This document shows, piece after piece, positions 48,826 through 58,820 of a stretch of DNA of 64,000 nucleotides. The notes beneath the pieces were generated by a model. The model had not been told where the DNA came from. It saw nothing but the letters and a program-made list of their open reading frames with translations, and did no database searches. The position numbers were made by a program, and so were the translations under genes. Position 1 is the stretch's first letter. Each line of letters begins with the position of its first letter. The DNA comes from Pseudomonadota bacterium (GTDB lineage: Bacteria > Pseudomonadota > Gammaproteobacteria > Burkholderiales > JABEVD01): the NCBI GenBank assembly GCA_021802545.1, contig JAJZRS010000001.1, positions 30,822 to 94,821 on the forward strand. Direction: 5' to 3'.

Positions 48826-49608
48826 TCAAGCTCCCCGAAACATGAATGAGGTCAATACGAAATCAAGGACCAGTATGACCAATGAAGAAGTGACGACAGT
48901 GCGCGTGGTCGCGCCGGAGACGCCTTCCGCAGTAGGCGGAGAATCGTAACCTTCGAAGACGGCGATCAGGGTCACGGCAATGCCGAAGACCAGGCTCTTG
49001 ATCACCCCGTTCATGATGTCATCTCTGAAATCCACGCCAGCCTGCATCTGGGACCAGAAGGACCCTTCGTCAACGCCGATCAGCACCACGCCGATCAGGT
49101 AGCCGCCGAAAATGCCCATCGCGTTGAATATCGCGGTCAGAAGCGGGAGCGAAAACACGCCTGACCAGAAGCGCGGCGCCACCACCCTGGAAATCGGGTC
49201 GACCGCCATCATCTCCATCGCCGAGAGCTGCTCTGTCGCCTTCATCAGGCCGATCTCGGCGGTGATTGCGGAGCCGGCGCGGCTCGCGAAAAGAAGCGCG
49301 GAAACGACGGGTCCGAGCTCGCGCACCAGGGCGAGCGCCACCATCACGCCGAGGGCCGAGGATGAGCCGTAGCGCTGCAATGTTTCATAGCCTTGCAGTC
49401 CGAGCACCATGCCGACGAAGAGACCCGAGACGACGATGATGATGAGGGAGCGCACCCCGGTATAGTAGACTTCCCGAACGATGAGGTGGATGCGGCGGAA
49501 GCTCGTTCCCGAGCTGATCAGGGTCAGGAAGAAGAATTTTCCGGCATAGCCCAGGCGCCAGATGGCATTGACCGTCTTGTGCCCCAGATTCCTTACGAGA
49601 TCAAGCAC
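48826..49608 (-). CDS. mlaE: Mla ABC transporter permease MlaE
   Basis: 260 aa polytopic protein with the GP.V.ALL.A.R.GSA..AE.G.M block. Confidence 0.85.
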   Translation of the reverse strand: MLDLVRNLGHKTVNAIWRLGYAGKFFFLTLISSGTSFRRIHLIVREVYYTGVRSLIIIVVSGLFVGMVLGLQGYETLQRYGSSSALGVMVALALVRELGPVVSALLFASRAGSAITAEIGLMKATEQLSAMEMMAVDPISRVVAPRFWSGVFSLPLLTAIFNAMGIFGGYLIGVVLIGVDEGSFWSQMQAGVDFRDDIMNGVIKSLVFGIAVTLIAVFEGYDSPPTAEGVSGATTRTVVTSSLVILVLDFVLTSFMFRGA

Positions 49609-50443
49609 GGGATGGCTCCAGATCCAGGTCTTCGAGATAGGGTGGTGCGGGATAATGGAAAGGCACCGGCCCGTCTATTTCGCCATGGATGAATTGGTGA
49701 ACGAAGGGTTTTTCGGAAGAACGGATTTCGTCAGGCGTGCCATGTGCGACGATGACCCCTTCCGAGACGAAATAGACGTAATCGACGATCTGCAAGGATT
49801 CCTGGACGTCGTGGGTCACCACGATGGAGCTTGCGCCAAGCGCGTCGTTCAGCTTCCTGATCAGGTTGCCGATGACGCCGAGCGAGATCGGATCGAGGCC
49901 GGTGAAAGGCTCGTCGTACATGATGAGCATCGGGTCGAGCGCGATCGTCCTGGCGAGCGCGACGCGTCTTGCCATTCCGCCGGAAAGCGCATTCGGCATC
50001 AGATTGCGGGCGCCTCTGAGGCCAACCGCATCGAGCTTCATCAGGACGAGATCGCGGATCATGGATTCGGGCAGGTCGGTATGCTCGCGCATCTGGAATG
50101 CGACATTGTCGTATACGGACAAATCGGTGAAGAGCGCGCCGAACTGGAAAAGCATGCCCATCTTGCGCCTTGTCTCGTAAAGATCGCGCCTGCCGAGCTC
50201 GTGCATGATCTTGCCGTCGAACTTCACGTGTCCGCCTGTCGGGCGGATCTGTCCGCCGATCAGTCTCAGCAGCGTTGTTTTGCCGCATCCGCTTCCGCCC
50301 ATGATCGCGACGACCTTGCCCTTCGGGATATCCATGTTGATTCCCCTGAGGATGGGCCGCTCGTCGTAAGCGAAATTCAAATCCCTGATTTCCAGGAAAT
50401 GTTCAGGCTGCACGGTGAGATTTTTCGGGTTGCAAAGTCGCAC
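49601..50443 (-). CDS. mlaF: Mla ABC transporter ATP-binding protein MlaF
   Basis: GGSGCGKTTLLRLIGG, LSGGMARRVALAR, IMYDEPF. Confidence 0.85.
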   Translation of the reverse strand: MRLCNPKNLTVQPEHFLEIRDLNFAYDERPILRGINMDIPKGKVVAIMGGSGCGKTTLLRLIGGQIRPTGGHVKFDGKIMHELGRRDLYETRRKMGMLFQFGALFTDLSVYDNVAFQMREHTDLPESMIRDLVLMKLDAVGLRGARNLMPNALSGGMARRVALARTIALDPMLIMYDEPFTGLDPISLGVIGNLIRKLNDALGASSIVVTHDVQESLQIVDYVYFVSEGVIVAHGTPDEIRSSEKPFVHQFIHGEIDGPVPFHYPAPPYLEDLDLEPSRA

Positions 50444-50490
50444 ATTTTAAACCACCTTACATGACAAGGACAGTCATATCGCGGGGAAAC

Positions 50491-51204
50491 ATGGTCAGCG
50501 CGCTCAAATTCGAAAATGTAACGAAACGTTACGGAAAGTCGGCCGTTCTGGACGATGTCAGCTTCGAAGTGCCAAGGGGAACCATCGTCGGGCTTGCCGG
50601 GATCAACGGGGCGGGGAAGACGACGCTCATCAAATGCATGCTCGGGCTTTGCGGCATGGATTCGGGGGGCATCGAAATCTTCGGCATTTCGCATTCTGAC
50701 GCCATGGCGCGGTCCGCGCTGGCCTATCTCCCGGAAAAATTCAATCCGCCTGCGCATCTCAAGGGGTCCGATTTCCTGAGGCTGGCCAAGAGGCTTTATG
50801 CTGCGCATCCGGACGAGCGGGAAATCGCCGTCATGCTCTCCGAATTCGGCCTCGATCATGCGCTCGACCTTCCCGTTGGGCGCTATTCGAAAGGCATGGC
50901 GCAAAAGCTCGGACTCGCCGCATGCTTTCTGAGCGGCAAGGATCTTTTCGTGCTCGATGAACCGATGAGCGGCCTGGATCCAAGGGCAAGAGCCCATGTG
51001 AAGGAGAAGCTTCTGGGGCTGAGGGATGGGGGCGGGACGCTATTATTCACTTCCCATGCGCTTTCCACCATGGGCGAAATCTGCGACAGGGTTGCGGTGC
51101 TTCACGAAGGGCGCATGGCTTTCCTTTCGGGGCGCGACGACGTCGAGCGCGCCTTCCTCGAATGCACGCGCGTTGCAAATTCCGGTTCGGGTGCTAATGT
51201 GTAA
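50491..51204 (+). CDS. ABC transporter ATP-binding protein at the head of the pilus cluster
   Basis: The start is preferred at MVSALKFENV (GGGGAA upstream); the ORF is open from the ATG at 50461. Walker A is GINGAGKTT, the signature is YSKGMAQK and Walker B is LFVLDEP. Confidence 0.8.
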   Translation: MVSALKFENVTKRYGKSAVLDDVSFEVPRGTIVGLAGINGAGKTTLIKCMLGLCGMDSGGIEIFGISHSDAMARSALAYLPEKFNPPAHLKGSDFLRLAKRLYAAHPDEREIAVMLSEFGLDHALDLPVGRYSKGMAQKLGLAACFLSGKDLFVLDEPMSGLDPRARAHVKEKLLGLRDGGGTLLFTSHALSTMGEICDRVAVLHEGRMAFLSGRDDVERAFLECTRVANSGSGANV

Positions 51205-51230
51205 AAAACTATCGAATACGCACATTACAC

Positions 51231-52991
51231 ATGAGAAATACTATTGCAAGCCTTCTTGCCGTGCTGCTTGCAGGATGCGGGACCCAGCCCATCGCTCCAT
51301 CGCCGCACCATCTGAAGGCGGGACCCGCGCCGCAAGGCAGCATTCCTCAGCCTGTCCGATCGAGCATCGCGCTTCTTCCTCCCCCCAGGCCTGCTGCAAA
51401 ACTCGCCGTCTACAGCGTCTCAGTATTCAACGTGCCCGTCCAGGAACTGCTCTATGCGCTCGCACGCGACGCAGGCGTCAACATCGACATCCATTCCGGC
51501 ATCACCGGCACGGTGACCATCAATGCGATCGATCAGACTTTGCAGCAAATCCTGGGCCGCATCTCGGAGCAGGTCGACATGCGCTACGAGATGCACGGAT
51601 CCGACATTTCAGTCATGCCCGATACGCCCTATCTCATCAACTACAAGGTCGATTACCTGGACATGTCGCGCGAGACGAACGGTTCCGTTGCGATCATCAC
51701 CCAGGTCGCCACCCCGGGCGCAGGGGTGGCGACGGGAGGTGCAGCGACGGTTTCAGCGGGCGTCAACAATTCGACCACTTCAGTGACGAATGTCGCCAAG
51801 AACAAGTTCTGGGAAACATTGATCCAGAACATCAAGGACCTTCTGCACGAGACAGACAAGATTCTTCCGGCAGGCTCGTCCGAGACGGTGGTCCAGCAAG
51901 CCGGCATCCAGACCACGACGGGAGGCGCCGCGGCTCCAGGCAAATCTTCCAGAAAGGGGGCGAAGGATTCGATCGCAGGAAGCCCGACGCCAGCGACCTT
52001 GCAAAACATCGGCACCACCGTCATCAAGCGCACGACATTCAGGGAAGCCTCTTCCGTCATCGCGAATCCTGAAACAGGCATCATCAGCATCCGTGCAACG
52101 TCACGCCAGCACAAGAAAATTCAGGCTTTCCTGGACAGGGTCATGCAAAGCGCGAAAAGACAGGTCCTGATCGAGGCGACCGTTGTCGAAGTCCAGCTGA
52201 GCGACAAATATCAGCAGGGAATCGACTGGGCAGGGCTCGCGAACGGCGGGAAGGGCTGGAGCATCGTCCAGTCGCCTGTCGGGGGCATTCCATCGGCAGT
52301 CAACCAGAGCCTTTTCGTGCTGAGCTATACGAATCCTGCGTCAAAATTCGGAAACCTGTCTGCGACGATCTCCCTGCTCGAATCCTTCGGCAAGGTGAAG
52401 GTGCTTTCCAGTCCCCAGCTCAGCGTCCTCAACAATCAGACTGCGCTGCTCAAGGTGGTCGACAACCGGATTTATTTCACGATCCAGGCCAATACCAGTC
52501 AGAACCAGACCACTACCCTCACGACTTACACCACAACGGTCAATTCCGTTCCGGTCGGATTCGTGATGAACGTGACGCCTGAAATCAGCGGCAACGATTC
52601 GGTGATCATCAATTTGAGGCCGACCATTTCGAGAATTCTCGACTATGTGCCCGATCCAAACCCTTCGCTTCCTGCAACCGTCAAGAACCTGATTCCAGAG
52701 ATCCAGACTCGGGAAATGGAATCGGTGATCAGGGTGCAAAGCGGACAGATTGCCGTCATGGGCGGGCTCATGCAGGATTCGGTCAACAATCTGGACGATG
52801 CCGTGCCCGGACTGTCGGGATTGCGCGGCATCGGGAATTTCTTCGCCCACAAGAACGATACCGCGACCAAGTCCGAATTGGTCATCTTCCTGCGCCCGGT
52901 CGTCGTCAAGGATGCCAGCCTGAACGGGAATTTCGCAAGCTTCAGAACTGTTCTTCCGGACAGGGATTTTTTCGATACCGGAGGAAATTGA
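51231..52991 (+). CDS. Lipoprotein-type secretin (GspD/PilQ family, MshL-like)
   Basis: Lipobox LLAGC. The C-terminal secretin block is VKVLSSPQLSVLNNQTA...ESVIRVQSGQIAVMGGLM...VPGLSGLRGIGNFF.......ELVIFLRP. Confidence 0.85.
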   Translation: MRNTIASLLAVLLAGCGTQPIAPSPHHLKAGPAPQGSIPQPVRSSIALLPPPRPAAKLAVYSVSVFNVPVQELLYALARDAGVNIDIHSGITGTVTINAIDQTLQQILGRISEQVDMRYEMHGSDISVMPDTPYLINYKVDYLDMSRETNGSVAIITQVATPGAGVATGGAATVSAGVNNSTTSVTNVAKNKFWETLIQNIKDLLHETDKILPAGSSETVVQQAGIQTTTGGAAAPGKSSRKGAKDSIAGSPTPATLQNIGTTVIKRTTFREASSVIANPETGIISIRATSRQHKKIQAFLDRVMQSAKRQVLIEATVVEVQLSDKYQQGIDWAGLANGGKGWSIVQSPVGGIPSAVNQSLFVLSYTNPASKFGNLSATISLLESFGKVKVLSSPQLSVLNNQTALLKVVDNRIYFTIQANTSQNQTTTLTTYTTTVNSVPVGFVMNVTPEISGNDSVIINLRPTISRILDYVPDPNPSLPATVKNLIPEIQTREMESVIRVQSGQIAVMGGLMQDSVNNLDDAVPGLSGLRGIGNFFAHKNDTATKSELVIFLRPVVVKDASLNGNFASFRTVLPDRDFFDTGGN

Positions 52992-53921
52992 ATGGCGAGC
53001 ATGGACGAAGCCGTGCAGAAAAAACCAATCGATGCATGGCGACAGCTTCTCCGGTCGAGGCGATTCTGGCTTTGGACGGCTGCCGCCATCTGCATTTTTC
53101 TTGCCTTGGGCGTCGCCTACTATTATCTGCATCACAGGCAGGCCCCCAAGCCTGCAGCAGTGCATCCTATCGTGATGCCGCCCGCCCAGCCCAAAGCCCA
53201 GCCTGAGCCTGCGTCTGCGCCTACTCCCGAGCCCGAGACGGAAAAGCCCGAAACCAGCGAGGCCAAACCGCAGGAACCCCCACAGGAAAAGCAGCAGCAG
53301 GAAATCAACACCCTGAAAATCGAGAAGCGCGAAGCAAAAACCGCAATCAATCCGATTTCGGCAAAAGGATACAGGGCGATGATGTCCCATGATCTTGCCG
53401 GTGCGCAGAAGGACTATGCGCGTCTCCTTGCGCAGGACCCGCAGAGCCGGGAGGCGTTGTACGGGCTTGCCGCAATAGCCATGAAAATGGGGAAGGTGGA
53501 CCTCGCAGAACGCTATTACGAGAAGGTGCTGGAAATCGATCCCGAGGACCCTGTCGCCACAGCAAGTCTCGTCGACCTGGGGAATGTGTCCGACGGAGAA
53601 AGCAGGCTGAAGATCGCGCTCCAGCGTTCTCCCGATTCGGGCGCCCTCTATTTCAGCCTGGGCAACCGGTACGCATCCGAATCTTCCTGGGCGGAAGCGA
53701 AGCAGGCCTATTTCGAGGCCTATAGCCGCGACGTATCGAATCCCGATTTCGCCTTCAATCTGGCCGTGAGCTGCGACCACCTGGGGCAGTCTGGTTCTGC
53801 GCTGCGGTTTTACAGGAAGGCGATCGCGCTTTCTTCGGGCGGGTTTGCCGGATTCGATATCGAAGCTGCGAAAAAAAGGGCGAGCGAATTGGAAGAAGAG
53901 CATGTCGGGCGAACGCAATAA
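52992..53921 (+). CDS. Bitopic TPR-repeat protein (MshN-like by position)
   Basis: An N-terminal TM helix, a Pro/Glu/Lys-rich linker (PAQPKAQPEPASAPTPEPETEKPE...), then TPR-like repeats. Confidence 0.6.
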   Translation: MASMDEAVQKKPIDAWRQLLRSRRFWLWTAAAICIFLALGVAYYYLHHRQAPKPAAVHPIVMPPAQPKAQPEPASAPTPEPETEKPETSEAKPQEPPQEKQQQEINTLKIEKREAKTAINPISAKGYRAMMSHDLAGAQKDYARLLAQDPQSREALYGLAAIAMKMGKVDLAERYYEKVLEIDPEDPVATASLVDLGNVSDGESRLKIALQRSPDSGALYFSLGNRYASESSWAEAKQAYFEAYSRDVSNPDFAFNLAVSCDHLGQSGSALRFYRKAIALSSGGFAGFDIEAAKKRASELEEEHVGRTQ

Positions 53922-55332
53922 ATTGCTGGGCAGGATGCTGATCGAGAAGGGCGTGATCAGCGAGGATCAGCTGAGAATTGCGCTCCTTGAACAGGTGAGG
54001 GCGCTGCTCGGAGAGGACTGCGAACTCCATCTGATGCTCGCATCCGAATCCGAGGTCATGCGGTCGATCGATCAGTATTACGGATTCGAACTCTCGATCG
54101 AAGGCATCTTGCAGGAAATCGAGCCGGGGGAGGCGGAATATCCGATCCTTCAGGCCGGGACGGAGAGCGAATTCAGTCAGCCTGTCGTGCGCCTCATCGA
54201 TGCGCTGCTGTCCGATGCCGTGCAGCGCGGCGCATCCGACATCCATTTCGAACCCGAGCGGAGTTTCTTGCGCATACGCAGCAGGATAGACGGCGTTCTT
54301 CGCCAGATGCGGAGCCTGCACAAATCCTACTGGTCTCCCATGGCAGTGAGGCTGAAGGTGATGAGCGGGATGAACATCGCCGAGAATCGCGCGCCCCAGG
54401 ACGGGCATTTTTCGCTGCTCCTCTCGGGCAGGCAGATCGATTTCAGGGTCTCCGCCGAGCCCACCACCCATGGGGAGAATATCGTCCTCAGGATACTCGA
54501 CAGGCAGAAAGGGATCGTTTCCCTCGAAGACCTCGGATTGGGCGAAGAAGAGCTCGATATGCTCAAGTTCATGATTTCGAAGCCGGAGGGGATCATCCTG
54601 GTGACAGGACCGACGGGAAGCGGGAAAACCACGACACTTTACTCGATCTTGAGCCGGATCAATACCGAAGCGATCAACATCATGACGCTCGAGGACCCTG
54701 TGGAATATCCGATGCCGATGATCAGGCAGGCTTCCGTCAACGAGATGGCGAAACTGGATTTCGCGAGCGGCATAAGGTCGATGCTTCGCCAGGACCCGGA
54801 TGTCATCCTGGTCGGGGAGATACGCGATGAGCCCACTGCGGTCATGGCGTTCAGGGCGGCGATGACGGGGCATCAGGTCTATTCGACGCTGCATACCAAT
54901 TCCGCGATAGGCGCCATTCCGAGATTGTTCGACCTCGGCATCCATCCAGAGATCATGGCCGGAAATGTCATCGGCATGGTCGCGCAGCGACTGGCAAGAA
55001 GACTTTGCCCGGCGTGCAGGATGGCCCATGATCCCGATCCCGAGGAAGAGCGGGTGCTCGGCGAAAAAAGATCCATCTACAGGGCATCGGGGTGCGAATC
55101 CTGCGATTTCCAGGGCTATTCGGGCAGGTTCGCGATCATGGAGCTGGTTCTGCTCGACGAGGATTTCGACGATCTGATCGTGCGCCGCGGGACATTGAGA
55201 GAAATGAGGAATCTCGCCGGCATGAAGGGATTCAGGACGCTTGCGCAGAATGCGGTGCGCGCCGTGTCGTCTGGAATGACTTCGCTGGAAGAGATTTCGA
55301 GGGTGGTCGATTTGACCGGCAGGGCGGCATGA
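53902..55332 (+). CDS. GspE/PilB/MshE-family secretion/pilus-assembly ATPase
   Basis: ATG at 53902; the listed ORF starts at an upstream TTG. Walker A is GPTGSGKTT. The Asp box, Walker B and His box regions (LRQDPDVILVGEIRD, TGHQVYSTLHTN) and a CxxC...CxxC cluster are present. The N-terminus has one MshEN-like 24-mer, LLGRMLIEKGVISEDQLRIALLEQ. Confidence 0.9.
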   Translation: MSGERNKLLGRMLIEKGVISEDQLRIALLEQVRALLGEDCELHLMLASESEVMRSIDQYYGFELSIEGILQEIEPGEAEYPILQAGTESEFSQPVVRLIDALLSDAVQRGASDIHFEPERSFLRIRSRIDGVLRQMRSLHKSYWSPMAVRLKVMSGMNIAENRAPQDGHFSLLLSGRQIDFRVSAEPTTHGENIVLRILDRQKGIVSLEDLGLGEEELDMLKFMISKPEGIILVTGPTGSGKTTTLYSILSRINTEAINIMTLEDPVEYPMPMIRQASVNEMAKLDFASGIRSMLRQDPDVILVGEIRDEPTAVMAFRAAMTGHQVYSTLHTNSAIGAIPRLFDLGIHPEIMAGNVIGMVAQRLARRLCPACRMAHDPDPEEERVLGEKRSIYRASGCESCDFQGYSGRFAIMELVLLDEDFDDLIVRRGTLREMRNLAGMKGFRTLAQNAVRAVSSGMTSLEEISRVVDLTGRAA

Positions 55333-56528
55333 CGCCCTTCCATTACAAGGCGATTGACCAGTTCGGCATGGTGAGAAGCGGCGTGCTCGATGCCGTGGAC
55401 GAAGATGATCTCGAAGCGCGGCTCAAAAGAATCGGTCTTGAGCTTGTTTCGGGAAGACCTGCATTCAGAAAGGGATTTGTCTTCGGCAAAAGAGTGGGCA
55501 GGCGGGACTTGATCACCTTCTTCTTCAATCTGGAACTGTTGACGAGGGCAGGCGTTCCCCTGCTGGAAGCGCTTTCCGATCTGAGAGACACCATGGATGT
55601 TCCGCATTTTCGCGAGATCATCGCAGAGATGATCAAGAACATCGAAGGAGGGATGCAGTTTTCCCAGGCGATGGCGCTCAATCCCAACGTATTCGACAAT
55701 GTGATGGTCAACCTGGTGAAGGCGGGGGAAGAGAGCGCGCGGCTTCCGGCTATCTTCCAGCATCTGACCGAGTCGCTCAAGTGGCAGGACGAAATGCATG
55801 CGCAAACCAAGCAGATCCTGATCTATCCAGCTTTCGTCCTCACCGTCGTGATCGCCATCACCTTCTTCCTGATGATCTATCTGGTTCCCCAGCTCGGGAC
55901 TTTCTTCAGGAATATCGGGCAGACGCTTCCGCCGCAAACCAGGATGCTGCTTGCCGTATCGGATTTTTTCGTTCATTACCGCTATTTCCTGGTGCTGATC
56001 CCGATTGGCCTGTTCGCGGCGGCCAAGGCCGCCATGATGATGAGCGGGAAAGTCAGGTATGCGGTCGACCGGATGAAGACAAGAATATGGGTCGTCGGCC
56101 CCATTCTGCTCAAGATCATCCTGGCGCGGTTTTCCAACACATTTGCGATCATGTACGAGTCGGGCATCAGCATTCTCGACTGCATCGCCATATCCAAGGG
56201 AATAACGGGAAACCTGGTCATCACAGACAGGCTCGACCATGCATGGCGGGAAATCGAAGCGGGGAAAACGCTGCTCCAGAGCTTCCAGTCATCCAGCATC
56301 TTTCCAGCGCTCGTGCTCAGGATGATCAAGGTAGGAGAAGTGACAGGGCATCTGGACGAGGCATTCTACAACGTGAGCTATTTCTATGAGCGCGACACCC
56401 GGGAAGCCATCCGACGCGTCCAGGTGATGGTCGAGCCTTTCCTGACCGTCGTGCTCGGGGCCATGCTCGGATGGATCATGCTCTCCGCGATCACGCCGAT
56501 CTACGACATGCTCGGGAAGATCAGATGA
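55329..56528 (+). CDS. GspF/PilC/MshG-family inner-membrane platform protein
   Basis: The start ATG overlaps the ATPase stop. Two repeated GspF-type halves and three TM segments are present. Confidence 0.85.
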   Translation: MTPFHYKAIDQFGMVRSGVLDAVDEDDLEARLKRIGLELVSGRPAFRKGFVFGKRVGRRDLITFFFNLELLTRAGVPLLEALSDLRDTMDVPHFREIIAEMIKNIEGGMQFSQAMALNPNVFDNVMVNLVKAGEESARLPAIFQHLTESLKWQDEMHAQTKQILIYPAFVLTVVIAITFFLMIYLVPQLGTFFRNIGQTLPPQTRMLLAVSDFFVHYRYFLVLIPIGLFAAAKAAMMMSGKVRYAVDRMKTRIWVVGPILLKIILARFSNTFAIMYESGISILDCIAISKGITGNLVITDRLDHAWREIEAGKTLLQSFQSSSIFPALVLRMIKVGEVTGHLDEAFYNVSYFYERDTREAIRRVQVMVEPFLTVVLGAMLGWIMLSAITPIYDMLGKIR

Positions 56529-58018
56529 ACGTCCAGATTTTCATCTCCGACAGGCAATGCATCGTCGCGCAGCGGACCAGAAAGTCTCTGCATGTTCTGC
56601 TCGAAGTCGCGAACAGCGAAGAAGGATTGAGAAAGTTCGAGCGATTCATCATGGATGCCGGGGTGACCTGCTCAAGCATCTTGACCGATTTCGTCGAGGA
56701 GGATTATCGCGTCGAGTATATTCCCCATCTCGGCTGGCTGGACAGGAGGCGCTTCCTCGAAAAAAAGCTGAACCAGCTTTACAAGCAAACGCCTTTCCGC
56801 AACAGGCTCATCGATGGGCATGAAGGGGGAGGCGAGCGCGTCCTGTTTTCCGCGCTGACGAATCCGAATCTGCTGCTGCCCTGGGTCGATTCGCTTCTGA
56901 TGCGCAAAATTCCCATTTCCGGGATTTCCTCGGTGGCGATGCTGAGCGGGAAACTGCTGCCAAAAAACATTTCATCCCATCTCCTGCTGCTCAGTTTTCA
57001 GCAGGGATCCGGGCTGAGGCAAAGCTTCTTCCTGAACGGAAAATTGCATTTTTCGCGTCTGACGCTCGTTCATCCTGACGACGACCGAATCGGGATCGTC
57101 AGGTCGGAATCCGAAAAGGTGTACAAGTATCTGCACGCGCTCAGCCTCCTGCCAGAAAAAGGGATGTTGTCCGTCCTTATCCTATGCGGCATGGAAGAAG
57201 GCGAATTGCTCGATGAGGCAATGATGGAAAGCGTCGCCATTCATCCCATCATCCTGGATTTGAGCGAGATTGCAAAGGAAATCGGACTCGACGGTCGGAT
57301 TTCGGACGCATTGCCGCTTTTTCAGCATCTGTTCGGGAAGAGCGTCAATCATTACGGCAGCGAGCAGCACACGCACGGCTACGAATTGATGCAGTGGCGG
57401 CATGCCGCCACTGCATTGTCCATCGCGCTGATTCTCGGGGGGGTATCTCTTTCCGCGATCGATGCAGGCAGAGCGCTCGAATTCAAAAGCCAGGCAGCAT
57501 TGCTCGCCTCTCGAACACTGGAAGCGGAAAGCAGGTACCGTTCGATCCGGCAACCTGGCAGGGATTCCCCGCAGAAGATCAACGAGGTTGTATCCCTTGA
57601 CGAAATGATCGAGTCGAAATTTCCGAGCCCAGGGAAAATGCTGGTGAAAGTGGGCCATGCGCTCGTTCCATTTACTGACATCCGCATCAATCGTCTTTCT
57701 TGGCAGGTTGCCGGTAACGCTGGATCGGCAAAGGCGGTGTCCGGAGAATTCGAGCCCGGGAGCGGATTTTTCGAGCCGGGCCCAAGCCAGGTCGCGTTTG
57801 CCATCGATGGGGAGATCTATCCTTTCGACGGCAGCTACAGGCATGCCAACGAAACCGTCGAGCGGTTCTGCAAGGATCTGGAGAAAGCCGGGATGCACAT
57901 CAGCAAGGTCAAGTTGCCGCTCGACCTCAATCCTTCGGCAAATCTCGTCGGAAGGTTCAGACAGGGGGAGGAAAGCGCTTCCTTTGTCCTCGAAGGTTTC
58001 ATGAAGGTCGGCTCATGA
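56525..58018 (+). CDS. Hypothetical bitopic pilus-assembly protein (PilM/N-, MshI- or GspL-like by position only)
   Basis: ATGA-coupled to the platform gene. About 320 cytoplasmic residues, one TM helix (ATALSIALILGGVSLSAI) and about 160 periplasmic residues. No motif was recognised. Confidence 0.45.
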   Translation: MNVQIFISDRQCIVAQRTRKSLHVLLEVANSEEGLRKFERFIMDAGVTCSSILTDFVEEDYRVEYIPHLGWLDRRRFLEKKLNQLYKQTPFRNRLIDGHEGGGERVLFSALTNPNLLLPWVDSLLMRKIPISGISSVAMLSGKLLPKNISSHLLLLSFQQGSGLRQSFFLNGKLHFSRLTLVHPDDDRIGIVRSESEKVYKYLHALSLLPEKGMLSVLILCGMEEGELLDEAMMESVAIHPIILDLSEIAKEIGLDGRISDALPLFQHLFGKSVNHYGSEQHTHGYELMQWRHAATALSIALILGGVSLSAIDAGRALEFKSQAALLASRTLEAESRYRSIRQPGRDSPQKINEVVSLDEMIESKFPSPGKMLVKVGHALVPFTDIRINRLSWQVAGNAGSAKAVSGEFEPGSGFFEPGPSQVAFAIDGEIYPFDGSYRHANETVERFCKDLEKAGMHISKVKLPLDLNPSANLVGRFRQGEESASFVLEGFMKVGS

Positions 58019-58581
58019 AGCTGGGAAAATCGGATTTTCCTCTATTGGGAAAGCCACTGCTTCTCCTTGTCTTTGCCATTCTTTTCGCTCTGACCCTGTC
58101 GATCCTTGGACGGAGTTATCTCGGGAAGATGGAAGGAAAAGCGTACTCTGCGGAAAAGTCCCTGCTCCTTGCAGAGGACAAGATCAGACAGGCCAGGCGT
58201 GAAAGCAGCGCCGTTCCGCAAGCAGCCTACGCGCGCATGGAGGAGAGCGGCGCATTTCGCGAATTCAAGCGCATCGATCTCGTCGAACAGCTGGAAAAAG
58301 CGGAACCCATGCTGTTCGATCTGCAATATTCCCTCTTTCCACGGCAGAAGGTGAGGACATCCGGACATTTCATGCTGAACCTCAATCGGGTCAATTTCCA
58401 GCTGAGCCTCCTTCACGAGGGGAAATTGCTGGATTTCCTGGATTTTCTGGAAGCGCAGAAGAACGGCGTGCCGCTCTTTGCGGGATGCGGCATCGAAAGG
58501 CTGTCGACTCGCCCTGCCCTCGAACCCAACCTGAAGGCGGAGTGCACCGTAATCTGGATGACATTGGAGGATGAAAAATGA
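58015..58581 (+). CDS. Hypothetical bitopic protein (PilO/MshJ-like by position)
   Basis: Overlapping start, an N-terminal TM helix and a coiled segment. Confidence 0.4.
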   Translation: MKLGKSDFPLLGKPLLLLVFAILFALTLSILGRSYLGKMEGKAYSAEKSLLLAEDKIRQARRESSAVPQAAYARMEESGAFREFKRIDLVEQLEKAEPMLFDLQYSLFPRQKVRTSGHFMLNLNRVNFQLSLLHEGKLLDFLDFLEAQKNGVPLFAGCGIERLSTRPALEPNLKAECTVIWMTLEDEK

Positions 58582-58820
58582 GGTTGATTGGACTCGCAGT
58601 CCTTTTTTTGTCCATCAATTTACACGCCGAACCCCTGGGCAGACTTTTCTTCACCCCTGAGCAGCGCGCTTTCCTGGACAAACTGGATGAATCGAAAGGA
58701 AGGTTCATGCAGAAAGAAGCTTCGAAAGATGCGTCCGGGTCGGTTGAAGCGAAAGGCGGGGGGAAAACCGTCTGGATAGGCGGGGTTCCTCGCCATCTCC
58801 CGCAGGGAAAGAAAAAATGA
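58578..58820 (+). CDS. Small secreted protein of the pilus cluster
   Basis: Signal peptide (LAVLFLSINLHA), with overlapping start and stop on both sides. Confidence 0.4.
   Translation: MRLIGLAVLFLSINLHAEPLGRLFFTPEQRAFLDKLDESKGRFMQKEASKDASGSVEAKGGGKTVWIGGVPRHLPQGKKK

Noticed and set aside
52341-55029. 525-aa and 424-aa minus-strand ORFs across the secretin, TPR and ATPase genes
   Set aside because: Both are antisense to genes with clear secretin and GspE motifs. There is no RBS or family signal, and the composition is Arg/His-rich. They are shadow ORFs. The same reasoning was applied to 44405-45676 (+, antisense to murA), 34871-35827 (+), 40247-41266 (+), 33385-34230 (-), 31544-32347 (-), 55116-56240 (-), 57182-57898 (-), 59977-60684 (-) and 62589-63239 (-).
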